Positions 30,538 through 40,641 are shown, counted from the stretch's first letter. The stretch: DNA of 62,135 bases from Verrucomicrobiota bacterium (GCA_041181065.1 JBEGQI010000116.1:1-62135); one strand, 5' to 3'. Numbers and translations: made by a program. Notes: generated by a model from the sequence alone, not told the origin.

Positions 30538-31398
30538 TTACGGGGCAAACGGCTTGTTCGGATCGCAGCGGTCGAATTCCTTTTGCCAGTCGCCCGGTTC
30601 AGCGAGCAATCCGCCCACCATGTGCGTGCCCACCGACGGCACTGGAATCCACAACGTGTAGCGACGTCCAAAGAGATGCTGCCGCCAGTTGAACCACCAC
30701 GCGCACGCCAGGCTGTAGCCACGGAATGGAAAGATGAACGGTTGAGTCAGCAACGTCCACGGATTCAAGACATGCTGCTTCGTCAGGCTCAGCCACATGC
30801 CAGCGTCGGTGTTCTTCTTCGCGTAGCTCATCAGCGTCGGCATGGTTTCGATGAGGGTGCCTTTGCGCGCCATGAAGCTGCACACCGTGCCGTTTTGAGT
30901 TTTCCAGACCTGCCCGCCCTCGACCTTGATGCGCTGCTTGTGCAGATGAAAGTCGTGCTTGTAGAAATCGGGATGGTCGTAAGGTGAGCAAAAATCCGCG
31001 TCCGGATGATGCCGCATGAAATCCACCAGCTTGTGGAACGCGCCGGGGTAATACACGTAGTCATCCTCAGCGAGATAAACCAAATCAGAATCTTCCTGCT
31101 GGGAAAGAATCTCCAGTTGCTTGGCGAACGTCGCGCAATTGCCGGCCTTCGGGCAGCGGACAAGCACGAGGTCCTCGGGCGCAAACAATGAAGTGAAGAG
31201 CTCTTCGTATTCCGGCGGGCAGGTGTCGAGGATGGCCCACACTTTCACTTTGAGCGAACCGAGGCCGAGCTTGAAGGAGCGCAGGCACATGCGCGCCAGC
31301 TTGAGTTTATCGTCGGCGTAGATGGGCGGTTTGGCGCGGGAGACGCCCGGATAGATCCGGTAGGCGACGGCCAAATCGTAACGCTTCGATGTGCTCAT
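30538..31398 (-). CDS. Putative GT-A (GT2-like) glycosyltransferase
   Basis: DLVYLAEDDY acidic motif, SPYDHPD.Y; lies in a glycan gene run. Confidence 0.65.
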   Translation of the reverse strand: MSTSKRYDLAVAYRIYPGVSRAKPPIYADDKLKLARMCLRSFKLGLGSLKVKVWAILDTCPPEYEELFTSLFAPEDLVLVRCPKAGNCATFAKQLEILSQQEDSDLVYLAEDDYVYYPGAFHKLVDFMRHHPDADFCSPYDHPDFYKHDFHLHKQRIKVEGGQVWKTQNGTVCSFMARKGTLIETMPTLMSYAKKNTDAGMWLSLTKQHVLNPWTLLTQPFIFPFRGYSLACAWWFNWRQHLFGRRYTLWIPVPSVGTHMVGGLLAEPGDWQKEFDRCDPNKPFAP

Positions 31399-31426
31399 GT
31401 GCGGCAGATGCTACGGGCGCGGGTCA

Positions 31427-31460
31427 AAAAGCGGAAATTGAAAATTGGGAAAGCGGAAGC
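31427..31460. repeat. Short degenerate 7-nt tandem repeat
   Basis: AAAAGCG GAAATTG AAAATTG GGAAAGC GGAAGC in the intergenic space. Confidence 0.45.
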
Positions 31461-31465
31461 ACTAA

Positions 31466-32461
31466 CTACTTCAGTTTCTGGTCTGGCTTCAGGTTCGCCA
31501 CCAGTTTGGCATCGCCCCGATTCATTCGATACGTCCAAACACCCCACGCAGCGCCGAGCACACTGCCGTAACAAGCAGGGATGTGCCAAAGCCAGCGCAC
31601 GTCGCCGTCGCCAAGCAATCCACGCAGCGTGTGCCAAAGCGGGCCGATGATTGAAACGCAATACACGCCCGCCAACCACAACGGCACCGGCGGTTTCTCT
31701 TTCATCCAGTTCACCGGCATGGATTCCTGGACGCGGAGGAAATGCACGGTGGCGCGGCGACGCTTCTGGATGAAGTTCCAGAGCGTCGTGATGTAGTAGT
31801 GATGCACGCCGCGGTCGCGGATGCGCAGCCACTCGCGTTTGCCAGCTCGCATGAGGAACATCGCCACGTGCGTGTCCTGAAATTTTTCGTCCGCCTTGAC
31901 GGATTCGAGGTCTGCCCGGCGAAACAGGAATCCGTTTGCACCCAGTGGATACGAGAATGATCCGTCCGGCAGGGTCCAACGCTCGACCTCTCCATCCCGC
32001 TTGATCAGCCTTGGGTTCACTGCCATCAGCCAGCACAACGGATCGCTGATGTGCAGCAGATGGGTTAGGTATGCGCAAAGCGAAGTCATCTTTGCTGACG
32101 GCGGGTAGTTGGCTTCAACGCCTAGCGCTTGCGCGTTCGCTGCGAGCGCCTGCACCGCTAATTCGAGGTAATCGGGGTGCGTCAGTTCGTTGTCCGCATC
32201 CACGAAGAGGACGTATTCGCCCTTGGCCTGCGCGAGCGCGACGCGCTTGCTCTCCTCCATGTTCTTACTCGCACGGTCATCGATGACGATGGCGCCGAAC
32301 TTTCGACTGATGTCCTGCGTGCCATCCTTTGAGCCGCCGTCCGCGAGCAGAATTTCATAACGGTCGCGCGAATACGTCTGCCGCGTGATGGAACTGAGGC
32401 AGTTTTCTAGCAACGCCGCCGCGTTGAGCGTCGGCATGATGATGCTGACAAAAGGCTGCAT
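31466..32461 (-). CDS. GT2 glycosyltransferase
   Basis: VSIIMPTLN, DGGSKDGT, GEYVLFVDAD. Confidence 0.92.
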   Translation of the reverse strand: MQPFVSIIMPTLNAAALLENCLSSITRQTYSRDRYEILLADGGSKDGTQDISRKFGAIVIDDRASKNMEESKRVALAQAKGEYVLFVDADNELTHPDYLELAVQALAANAQALGVEANYPPSAKMTSLCAYLTHLLHISDPLCWLMAVNPRLIKRDGEVERWTLPDGSFSYPLGANGFLFRRADLESVKADEKFQDTHVAMFLMRAGKREWLRIRDRGVHHYYITTLWNFIQKRRRATVHFLRVQESMPVNWMKEKPPVPLWLAGVYCVSIIGPLWHTLRGLLGDGDVRWLWHIPACYGSVLGAAWGVWTYRMNRGDAKLVANLKPDQKLK

Positions 32462-32468
32462 CGCTCGC

Positions 32469-33212
32469 TCAGGCGGGTTTTCGCGCTTCCATCACGATGG
32501 TTTCATAAACCTTCGCTTCCCAACCGGGGCCGAAGCTCTCGAGGTTCTGGTAGACGGGGTCCGTGCTCTTGCAAACTTCGCAACGAACGACATCCCTGAA
32601 GCCGACGCGTTCAAATGCCAGCTTCAACGTCTGCTCGTCGTAGAGGAATTTGTGCCCCCAATTGCGCACGGCGTTGTTGAGGACGAAGCACTCGTTGTAA
32701 ACGCCGATGTCCGCCAATGAATGATCCACGCAATGCTTGATGTAATGCTTTTGCTCTTCCGTTTGCGGGCGGTTGTAAAGGCTGATGACTTTCATCAAGT
32801 CCGGGCAGGCGATGCGGATCTTGCCACCGGGCTTCAATACGCGAAAGCTCTCGCGCAAAAGATTCTGTCCTTCCTTGAATGTCAGATGCTCAAACAGATG
32901 CTCGGAAAAGACGTAGTCGAACTGTGCGTCGTCGATGGGAAACGGTCGTGTCACATCCAAAAAGCAGGGCGACTTGAAGACCAGCGAGCAATCGGTGTTG
33001 AGCCAGCCTTCCATCAGCTTGAGACCACTGCCGAGCTGCAGTTTTCGGACGGAGTGAGTCGCAACATATTCGCGCACGATGCGGCGGCGGCGAAAAGCCG
33101 TTAGCCCCTTCGCCTTTTGAAGCAGCAACTGAACGACTTTGCCTTGGTTGAAAAGAATCTCGCTCGATTCAGCCTTGGCCGTCAGGCGTTCGTAGATTTT
33201 CTGGAAGCTCAT
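32469..33212 (-). CDS. SAM-dependent methyltransferase
   Basis: LQLGSG, GWLNTD, FDYVFSEHLFEH, RVLKPGG.IRIACPD. Confidence 0.88.
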   Translation of the reverse strand: MSFQKIYERLTAKAESSEILFNQGKVVQLLLQKAKGLTAFRRRRIVREYVATHSVRKLQLGSGLKLMEGWLNTDCSLVFKSPCFLDVTRPFPIDDAQFDYVFSEHLFEHLTFKEGQNLLRESFRVLKPGGKIRIACPDLMKVISLYNRPQTEEQKHYIKHCVDHSLADIGVYNECFVLNNAVRNWGHKFLYDEQTLKLAFERVGFRDVVRCEVCKSTDPVYQNLESFGPGWEAKVYETIVMEARKPA

Positions 33213-33276
33213 GGTGGCAATGGTCGGGCTTTGTAGCGGCTGTGATACGGACGTTCAAGGTGCAAATCGAACGGAA

Positions 33277-34041
33277 CTACTTGCCCGTCGCTGTGGGCTT
33301 CTTGGCTTTTAGAATGAGATAGTGCCCACGATTTGTGAACACGCCCTCCAGCATCTTGCTCAAACCGTCAGGCAGCGGCAGCAAGCTGATGCTGCGCGCC
33401 TCAATATCTACAAAGCCGCTCCAAGCAAACAGCTCCCGCGCTTGCCGGACGGTCAAGATCCGAATGTGACCGGACACGCCGGCGAATGCCGGATGATCAA
33501 TCGGCAACGGCTCGGACGTCGGCTTGTCATAGTGCAAGCCGAGCGGATTGCCGAGGTAGCGTCCACAAGTCTGCATCAGGGAGAACGGTGTGTATCCCAT
33601 GAACAGCGCGAAGCAGTTGAGCCAACTGCACAGATTCTCCGTGGCAATGACTACGGTGCCGCCGGGTTTCAACACCCGGAACGCTTCATCGGCAAACAGT
33701 CGGCAGTTATGCACGTGTTCAATGACCTGCGAGCTGTGAACGACATCAAAGTGATTGCTCTCAAACGGCCAGCGTCCGTTCAGGTCAAATCCGTGCACCT
33801 TGAAACCGCGCGCCTCCGCTTTCTTGACCAACTCCGGTGCGCCTTCCACGCCCACCAGTTCACGCGGCTTATTTTTTATGTATTTGAACAGCATGCTGCC
33901 GTCGCCGCAGCCGACATCGAGCAGGCTGTCCGGGTTCAGGTTGACCGCGGTCATACCTGCCCAATCGTCCGAACGGTTGGCCCCAAGGTGCCGCGACGTG
34001 GCAACGATGCTCTGCAACTTTTTGATGATGAAATTGGCCAT
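33277..34041 (-). CDS. Class I SAM-dependent methyltransferase
   Basis: LLDVGCGDG, FDVVHSSQVIEH, RVLKPGG; start taken at MANFII. Confidence 0.88.
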   Translation of the reverse strand: MANFIIKKLQSIVATSRHLGANRSDDWAGMTAVNLNPDSLLDVGCGDGSMLFKYIKNKPRELVGVEGAPELVKKAEARGFKVHGFDLNGRWPFESNHFDVVHSSQVIEHVHNCRLFADEAFRVLKPGGTVVIATENLCSWLNCFALFMGYTPFSLMQTCGRYLGNPLGLHYDKPTSEPLPIDHPAFAGVSGHIRILTVRQARELFAWSGFVDIEARSISLLPLPDGLSKMLEGVFTNRGHYLILKAKKPTATGK

Positions 34042-34168
34042 GTGAAACGCTCGCCAGTCTGTAACAGGAAGCCACCACCCCTGCAAACCCGAATCCGGAC
34101 GTGCACACCACGACACTGGCAAAAATTCTGGCGAGCCCGTCGCCGCCAGACTAGTTTGGCGACCATTC

Positions 34169-35143
34169 ATGAAGACCTTCTTCATCACCGGCGCCGCCGG
34201 TTTCATCGGCAGCAGCATCGTTGATCGTCTACTAGCCGACGGCAAGACCGTCGTGGGCTGGGATAATTTTTCCACAGGACAGGAACCGTTCGTCGCGAAC
34301 GCGCTGAAGCATCCGAACTTCAATCTCATCCGCGGCGACAATCTGGATCTCGCTGCGCTCAACAAAGCCATGGCTGGCTGCGACACCGTGCTGCATCTCG
34401 CCGCGAACGCCGATGTGCGCTTCGGCCTGAATCATCCGCGAAAGGATCTGGAGCAAAACACGATTGCCACCTTCAACGTCCTCGAAGCGATGCGCGCCAA
34501 CGGCATCAAGCGCATCGCGTTCAGCTCCACGGGCAGCACCTACGGCGAGGCCGAGATCATCCCGACGCCCGAGGACGCGCCGTTCCCCATCCAAACCTCG
34601 CTCTACGCAGCGTCCAAGGTCGCAGGCGAGACGCTCATCCACAGCTACTGCGAAGGTTTCGGTTTCGAGGGTTACATCTTCCGTTTCGTGTCGATTCTTG
34701 GCGAGCGTTATACGCACGGCCACGTCTTCGATTTCTATAAGCAGCTCGCCGAACATCCTGATCATCTCCGCGTGCTCGGCGACGGCACGCAGCGCAAGAG
34801 CTACCTCTACGTCGGCGACTGCGTGAACGCCATCCTGCACGTGATGAACGCCGGCACCGCGCTCAAGGCGAAGCATCGCGTGGAAGTTTACAACCTCGGC
34901 TGCGACGAATACGTGCAGGTCAACGACTCCATCCGTTTCATCTGCGGTGCGCTCGGCCTCAAGCCCAAGCTCGAATACACCGGCGGCAACAAAGGCTGGG
35001 TCGGCGACAATCCGTTCATCTTCCTCGACACGAAAAAAATCCGCGCCACCGGCTGGAAAACGACGCTCACGATTGAACAAGGTATCGTCCGCACGCTCGA
35101 ATGGTTGCAGGCGAACAAGTGGGTTTACGAAACGCGGAAGTAA
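34169..35143 (+). CDS. NAD-dependent nucleotide-sugar epimerase (LmbM-like by context)
   Basis: GAAGFIG, LAANADVR, YAASK extended-SDR motifs. Confidence 0.88.
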   Translation: MKTFFITGAAGFIGSSIVDRLLADGKTVVGWDNFSTGQEPFVANALKHPNFNLIRGDNLDLAALNKAMAGCDTVLHLAANADVRFGLNHPRKDLEQNTIATFNVLEAMRANGIKRIAFSSTGSTYGEAEIIPTPEDAPFPIQTSLYAASKVAGETLIHSYCEGFGFEGYIFRFVSILGERYTHGHVFDFYKQLAEHPDHLRVLGDGTQRKSYLYVGDCVNAILHVMNAGTALKAKHRVEVYNLGCDEYVQVNDSIRFICGALGLKPKLEYTGGNKGWVGDNPFIFLDTKKIRATGWKTTLTIEQGIVRTLEWLQANKWVYETRK

Positions 35144-35151
35144 CTGGAGAT

Positions 35152-35236
35152 TTCTTACTCTTAATCTTACTCCTAATCTTAATCTGCTCCGGCGGAATAA
35201 GGAGATTGAGAGAAAGATTACGATTAAGATTAAGAA
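35152..35236. repeat. Palindromic element built from 6-nt tandem repeats
   Basis: (CTTACT/CTTAAT)n left arm and (AAGATT)n right arm are reverse complements; AT-rich in a GC-rich operon. Confidence 0.8.
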
Positions 35237-35243
35237 CTGACGA

Positions 35244-36512
35244 ATGAACATCACCGTCCTCGGCCTCTGGCATCTTGGCAGCGTCACCGCCGCCTGCTGC
35301 GCGAAACACTTTCGCGTCACCGGGCTCGACTTCGACGCGTCCACCATCGCCAAGCTGAGCAGCGGCAAGGCGCCGTTGTTTGAGCCGGGCTTGGATGATT
35401 TGATTGCTGCCGGGATTACCGCGAAGAGTCTCTCCTTCACCACAGACGCCGCCGCCGCTTGCGCGACTGCCGACATCCTTTGGCTCTGCTACGACACCCC
35501 GGTGAACGAAGATGACGTGTCTGATGTGGATTTCGTCCTCGGCAACTTACGCCGCGCCTTGCCCCATCTGCCCAAGGGCGCCCTCGTGTTGATCTCATCG
35601 CAACTCCCCGTCGGCACGTGCGCGAAGTTGGAAGTGGAGTTCCAGCAATTCCACTTCGCCTGCTCGCCGGAAAATCTGCGCCTTGGCAAAGCCATCGACG
35701 TGTTCTGTCAGGCGGATCGCTTCATCGTCGGCATCCGCGATGACGCCAAGCGCGCGTTGCTCGAAAAACTTTTTGCGCCGTTCACCTCGCAAGTCATCTT
35801 CATGCGCACGGAATCAGCCGAGATGGTGAAGCATGCGCTAAACTCCTTCCTCGCGGTTAGCGTTACGTTCATCAACGAGATCGCCCGCCTCTGCGAACAC
35901 GTTGGCGCCGACGCGAAGGAAGTTTCCGCCGGCCTCAAGAGCGACATCCGCATCGGACCAAAAGCGTATCTCGGACCGGGCGGTCCGTTCGCTGGCGGCA
36001 CACTCGCGCGCGACGTCGTCACGCTGACACAATTGGCGGCGGCCAAGAACGAAGCCGTCACGCTCATCCCCGCCATCAAGCAAAGCAACGACGGCCATCG
36101 CCGCTGGGTGTTCAACCGCCTGCGCTCACGACTTGGCGAACTGCGCGGCAAGACCGTCGCCGTGCTTGGGCTCACTTATAAGACCGGCACCGACACGCTG
36201 CGCCGCAGTTCGGCGGTCGAGTTGTGCGAAGCTTTGCTGAAAGCCGGTTGCGCCGTGCGCGCCTTTGATCCGGTGGTGAAGCGGATGCCAGCGGAACTAG
36301 GCGCGGTGACCCTCGCAAGTTCGGTGGCCGAGGCGATTCGTGGCGTGGATGCGGCGGCAGTTTGCACCGAGTGGCCGGAGTTCCGGCAGGCGAACTGGGC
36401 CGAGGCCGTCGCGGCCATGCACGGGCGCGTCATCGTGGACGCCAACCGATTTCTGGAAAAGGAATTGAAAGGCGCCGCGGGCGTCGAGCATCTTTCCGTC
36501 GGACGCAAATGA
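35244..36512 (+). CDS. UDP-glucose/GDP-mannose dehydrogenase family protein lacking the catalytic Cys (LmbL-like)
   Basis: GLWHLG, DTPV, SPENLR.G, SAEMVK...N, LGLTYK..TD.LR.S; FAGGTLARD replaces FGGSC.PKD. Confidence 0.85.
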   Translation: MNITVLGLWHLGSVTAACCAKHFRVTGLDFDASTIAKLSSGKAPLFEPGLDDLIAAGITAKSLSFTTDAAAACATADILWLCYDTPVNEDDVSDVDFVLGNLRRALPHLPKGALVLISSQLPVGTCAKLEVEFQQFHFACSPENLRLGKAIDVFCQADRFIVGIRDDAKRALLEKLFAPFTSQVIFMRTESAEMVKHALNSFLAVSVTFINEIARLCEHVGADAKEVSAGLKSDIRIGPKAYLGPGGPFAGGTLARDVVTLTQLAAAKNEAVTLIPAIKQSNDGHRRWVFNRLRSRLGELRGKTVAVLGLTYKTGTDTLRRSSAVELCEALLKAGCAVRAFDPVVKRMPAELGAVTLASSVAEAIRGVDAAAVCTEWPEFRQANWAEAVAAMHGRVIVDANRFLEKELKGAAGVEHLSVGRK

Positions 36513-36594
36513 AGACACGAATTCCACGAATTAACACTAATTCCAGAGTGGCGCTGGCTTACTTCATTCGTGAGAATTCGTGCAATTCGTGTCT
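36513..36594. repeat. Palindromic element with ~9-10 nt periodic arms
   Basis: AGACACGAATT...AATTCGTGTCT IR with three CACGAATT-like units per arm, filling the intergenic gap exactly. Confidence 0.85.
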
Positions 36595-37458
36595 ATGAAA
36601 CTCAAAGGTCTCAACGCCCTTATCACCGGCGGCAGTCAGGGCCTCGGCAAATCCATCGCCGAGCATTATCTCCGCGAGGGCGCGAATGTTGTCCTCTGCG
36701 CGCGCAACGCCAAGGAACTCGCCGCCACGCGCGACGAACTCGCCAAGCTCGCGGGTGCCGGCCAGAAAGTTCTCGCCAAGTCCTGCGACGTTTCCTCCGA
36801 GGCGCAAGTCAACGAACTGGTCGCCTACACGCTCGCTGAGCTTGGCTCGCTGCACGCCCTCGTGTTGAACGCCGGCGTTTACGGCCCGATGGGCCCGACC
36901 GAATCGGTGGACCTCGCCGAGTGGCGACGCGCCATCGACATCAATCTCTTCGGGGTGCTTCTGCCGTGTCGTGCGGTGATGCCGCACTTCAAACAGGCCA
37001 AGCGCGGCAAGATCGTTATCCTCAGCGGTGGCGGTGCGACGAACCCGTTGCCAAACATCAGCTCCTATGCCGCGTCCAAGGCTGCGGTCGTGCGCTTGAT
37101 GGAAACGCTCGCTGAGGAATTGAAGGCGTTCAACGTGGACGTGAATGCCATCGCACCCGGTGCGCTCGCGACCCGTCTCGTGGACGAAGTTCTCGCCGCC
37201 GGACCGGATAAAGTCGGCGCCGCATTTTTCGAGAAGAACAAGCAGTGGAAAGAAAAGGGCGCGACGCCACTGCATCTGGGCGCAGGTCTCGCAGTGTATC
37301 TTGCGAGCGCGGAAAGCAACGGCATCACCGGTCGGCTCATCAGTGCGCAGTGGGATCCGTGGGCCACGCTGCACACGCATCGCGAGCAATTGCAGAAGAG
37401 CGACATCTATTGCCTCCGCCGCATCGTGCCCGAGGACCGCGGCCAAAAATGGAGTTGA
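36595..37458 (+). CDS. SDR family oxidoreductase
   Basis: TGGSQGLG, LNAG, YAASK, VNAIAPG. Confidence 0.9.
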   Translation: MKLKGLNALITGGSQGLGKSIAEHYLREGANVVLCARNAKELAATRDELAKLAGAGQKVLAKSCDVSSEAQVNELVAYTLAELGSLHALVLNAGVYGPMGPTESVDLAEWRRAIDINLFGVLLPCRAVMPHFKQAKRGKIVILSGGGATNPLPNISSYAASKAAVVRLMETLAEELKAFNVDVNAIAPGALATRLVDEVLAAGPDKVGAAFFEKNKQWKEKGATPLHLGAGLAVYLASAESNGITGRLISAQWDPWATLHTHREQLQKSDIYCLRRIVPEDRGQKWS

Positions 37459-37462
37459 ATCA

Positions 37463-38443
37463 ATGAGCTTTCGCGTTGCCATGATCGGTTGCGGCCTCAT
37501 CGGCCAGAAGCGGTTGAACAACCTGCCGCCCGGTAGCGTGACCGTGGCGTGCGACTTGAATCTCGACCGCGCCAAGAAGCTCGCTGCACAAAGCCTCGGC
37601 TGCATCGCGACGGATTCCGTCGAGCAAGCTGTGACTTCGTCGAATGTGGACGTGGTGATGATCGCCACGCTGAATTCCACGCTCGCCCCCGTCGCCATGC
37701 AAGCGGTGCAAGCGGGCAAGCATGTCCTCGTCGAAAAGCCGGCAGGCATCACGGTGGCGGAACTGGAAAAGCTGCAGGCGCTCGCCGCCAAGCACGGCGT
37801 GCTGGTTCGCACGGGCTACAATCACCGTTATCACCCGGCGTGCTTGAAGGCGTTGGAGATTTTCCACAGCGGCGCGCTTGGGCCGATGATGTTTGTGCGC
37901 GGTCGCTACGGTCAGGGCGGGCGCATCGGTTACGATAAGGAATGGCGCGCGGACCCGAAGCTTTCCGGCGGCGGCGAACTAATTGACCAAGGCGTCCATC
38001 TCATCGACCTCGCGGGCATTTTCCTTGGCGAGTTCACGACGGTTGAAGGCCACGTGGCAACTTACTTCTGGAACATGCCCGTGGACGACAACGCGTTTCT
38101 CAGCCTGCGCAACGCCATCGGCAACACCGCTTGGTTGCAGGTCAGTTGTTCTGAGTGGAAGAACATGTTCAGCCTCGAAATCTACGGGCGCGACGGGAAG
38201 CTGCATTGGGAAGGCCTCGGCGGCAGCTACGGCCTGGAGCGGCTCACCTACTACAAGATGCTCCCGCAGATGGGCCCGCCCGAAACGACCGTGTGGGAAT
38301 TCCCACGAGGCGACGAATCATGGAAGATCGAGATGGCGGAGTTCGCCGAGGACATCCGGCTCAAACGCACGCCGGTGCCGGGATTGAAGGAAGCCATTGC
38401 GGCGCTCGTCGTCGTCGAAAAGATTTACGGTAAACGCAAATAA
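37463..38443 (+). CDS. Gfo/Idh/MocA oxidoreductase (LmbZ-like by context)
   Basis: IGCGLIG, GKHVLVEKP, GGGELIDQGVH. Confidence 0.9.
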   Translation: MSFRVAMIGCGLIGQKRLNNLPPGSVTVACDLNLDRAKKLAAQSLGCIATDSVEQAVTSSNVDVVMIATLNSTLAPVAMQAVQAGKHVLVEKPAGITVAELEKLQALAAKHGVLVRTGYNHRYHPACLKALEIFHSGALGPMMFVRGRYGQGGRIGYDKEWRADPKLSGGGELIDQGVHLIDLAGIFLGEFTTVEGHVATYFWNMPVDDNAFLSLRNAIGNTAWLQVSCSEWKNMFSLEIYGRDGKLHWEGLGGSYGLERLTYYKMLPQMGPPETTVWEFPRGDESWKIEMAEFAEDIRLKRTPVPGLKEAIAALVVVEKIYGKRK

Positions 38444-38454
38444 CGGAATCGAAC

Positions 38455-39435
38455 ATGATCATCGCGCGTTCCCCACTTCGCATTAGCCTTGGCGGCGGCG
38501 GCACGGATTTGCCGTCGTATTACGAGCAGCACACTGGCTTCCTTATCGCGGCAGCCATCGACAAATATGTCTACATCACGCTGCACGACACTTTCGTCGC
38601 CGACTTGATCGTGAAGTATTCCAAGCTCGAACGCGTGCCGGACGCGGGTCGGTTGGAACATCCCATCATCCGCGAGGCGATGGCGTTGCTGGGGATCAAG
38701 GGCCAGTCCATGGAACTCACTTCGATGGCGGACATCCCCGCCGGCACGGGGCTGGGTTCCTCGGGCAGCTTCACCACGGCGCTGCTCAAGGCGCTGCATG
38801 CATGGAAAAAGAATCTCGTTCACCCCGCCGAACTCGCCGAGCAGGCGTGCGACATCGAGTTGAACCGGCTGCATGAACCCATCGGCAAGCAGGATCAATA
38901 CATCGCGGCTTACGGCGGCATCACGTGCTTCAAGTTCCTGCCCGGCGGTAAGGTCGAGGCGTGGCCGTTAAAGATTTCCGAGGAGACGCTCTACAATCTT
39001 GAGGACAACCTGCTGCTGTTCTTCACGGGTTACTCGCGTTCGGCGTCAGCGATCCTCAAGGAGCAGGACTCGAAGAGCAAAGCCGCCGATTCCTCGATGA
39101 TCGAGAATCTGCATTTCGTGAAGGACCTCGGTTTCCAGAGTCAGCGCGCGCTGGAGACGGGTAACCTGAACGAGTTCGCGCGGCTGATGGACGTGCATTG
39201 GCAGCGGAAGAAGGAACGCTCCGGCGGTATGAGCAACGCGAAGATCAACGAGTGGTATGACCTCGCGATGGCGAACGGCGCGCTCGGCGGAAAGCTCATC
39301 GGCGCGGGTGGCGGCGGCTTCCTGATGTTCTATGCCGACGACAAGACGAAGCTGCGTCACGCGATGCGCGGCGCGGGCCTGAAGGAAGTGCGCTTCCGCT
39401 TCGACTTCGAGGGGACCAAGCTGCTGAACTCGTGA
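38455..39435 (+). CDS. hddA: GHMP sugar-phosphate kinase (HddA/LmbP-like)
   Basis: PLRISLGGGGTD, P.GTGLGSS, GKQDQY, GGKLIGAGGGGF. Confidence 0.85.
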   Translation: MIIARSPLRISLGGGGTDLPSYYEQHTGFLIAAAIDKYVYITLHDTFVADLIVKYSKLERVPDAGRLEHPIIREAMALLGIKGQSMELTSMADIPAGTGLGSSGSFTTALLKALHAWKKNLVHPAELAEQACDIELNRLHEPIGKQDQYIAAYGGITCFKFLPGGKVEAWPLKISEETLYNLEDNLLLFFTGYSRSASAILKEQDSKSKAADSSMIENLHFVKDLGFQSQRALETGNLNEFARLMDVHWQRKKERSGGMSNAKINEWYDLAMANGALGGKLIGAGGGGFLMFYADDKTKLRHAMRGAGLKEVRFRFDFEGTKLLNS

Positions 39436-39487
39436 GCGCGCGAATCAAACGCCAGAATTGTAATTGTTCCCAATTGCCAGCGACGGC

Positions 39488-39931
39488 ATGAATGGCGCCG
39501 TGAAAAAATCATTCGTCCGTTTGCACTGGGTTGTTGTTCTCGTTCTGAGCGTCGTGGTTTGTGTTTCGCAGAGCGCTGAAAAGGATTCAACGACCAACGC
39601 TCCCGCTCCGGCAGTATGCGCTTCCTGTCACGGCACGCAGAAGTGCAAGCAGTGCAAGGGTTCTGGTCAGACGGAATGCCAGAGCTGCAAGGGCACAGGA
39701 AAAGAACGGGAACGTTGCACACGCTGCGGCGGTAGCGGGCGCATCTCAGAAACTAAGACGACTCGCTCTTTCGGAGTGACCCGCCGATCAACGACCTCGA
39801 GGTCCTGCACCAATTGTAGCGGGAGGGGTTATCGGGAGAAAAACTGCAACCAGTGCGGCGGTGACGGAAAAGTGACCTGCACCAAATGCAAGGGCCACAA
39901 AGAATGTCCCGTTTGCAAACCCAAGACTTGA
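39488..39931 (+). CDS. Secreted or membrane-anchored Cys-rich protein with DnaJ-type CxxCxGxG zinc-finger repeats
   Basis: Hydrophobic N-terminus, eight CxxC motifs, no J domain; stop overlaps the next ATG (TGATG). Confidence 0.75.
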   Translation: MNGAVKKSFVRLHWVVVLVLSVVVCVSQSAEKDSTTNAPAPAVCASCHGTQKCKQCKGSGQTECQSCKGTGKERERCTRCGGSGRISETKTTRSFGVTRRSTTSRSCTNCSGRGYREKNCNQCGGDGKVTCTKCKGHKECPVCKPKT

Positions 39932-40641
39932 TGAACCTGTCGAACATTCCCGTAGCGCTCCTCGCCGGCGGCCTCGCCACACGACTCCGGCCCATCACCG
40001 AGAAAGTCCCAAAGGTGCTGGTGCCCGTTGCGGGCAAGCCGTTCCTTGCGCACCAGCTTGAACTGCTGCACGGGCAGGGAATCCGCCGTGTGGTGCTGTG
40101 CCTCGGGCATCTCGGCGAAATGGTCGTGCAAGAGTTCGGCGACGGCGCCGCGTATGACATGCAGCTCGAATACTCCTTCGACGGCCCCAAGCTTCTGGGC
40201 ACGGGCGGGGCGTTGCGGCAGGCGTTGCCGAAGCTCGGGCGCGAGTTCTTCGTGCTCTACGGCGATTCGTATCTGACCTGCCCGTTCGCGCCCATCGCGG
40301 AGTTCTTTGAGCGCAGCGGCAAGGCGGGTTTGATGACGGTGTATCGCAATGAAGGGCTTTACGACACGAGCAACGTTGTCTTCCGCGATGGGGAGATCGC
40401 CGTTTACGACAAGAAGGTGAAGCTGCCCGAGATGCGGCACATTGATTACGGCTTGAGCCTGTTTCGCGCCGATGTGTTCGAGAAATATCCCGCCGATGAG
40501 AAGTTCGATCTCGCCGATGTGATGACGAAGCTCGTCACGGAGAAACAGCTCGCGGGATACGAAGTGCCGGAGCGGTTTTACGAAATCGGCTCGCACGACG
40601 GGCTGGCGGAATTGGAAGGCTTGTTAAGCAAGCGCGCTTGA
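39931..40641 (+). CDS. Sugar-1-phosphate nucleotidyltransferase (HddC/LmbO-like)
   Basis: LLAGGLATRL.P, PK.L..V.G.PF, LGTGGAL, YGDSY, FYEIG. Confidence 0.88.
   Translation: MNLSNIPVALLAGGLATRLRPITEKVPKVLVPVAGKPFLAHQLELLHGQGIRRVVLCLGHLGEMVVQEFGDGAAYDMQLEYSFDGPKLLGTGGALRQALPKLGREFFVLYGDSYLTCPFAPIAEFFERSGKAGLMTVYRNEGLYDTSNVVFRDGEIAVYDKKVKLPEMRHIDYGLSLFRADVFEKYPADEKFDLADVMTKLVTEKQLAGYEVPERFYEIGSHDGLAELEGLLSKRA

Noticed and set aside
35152-36594. CRISPR array from the periodic repeats
   Set aside because: Units are 6-10 nt with no spacers, and there are no cas genes.
39617-39632. c-type cytochrome from CASCH
   Set aside because: A single CxxCH within a series of CxxCxG repeats is most simply part of the zinc-finger pattern.
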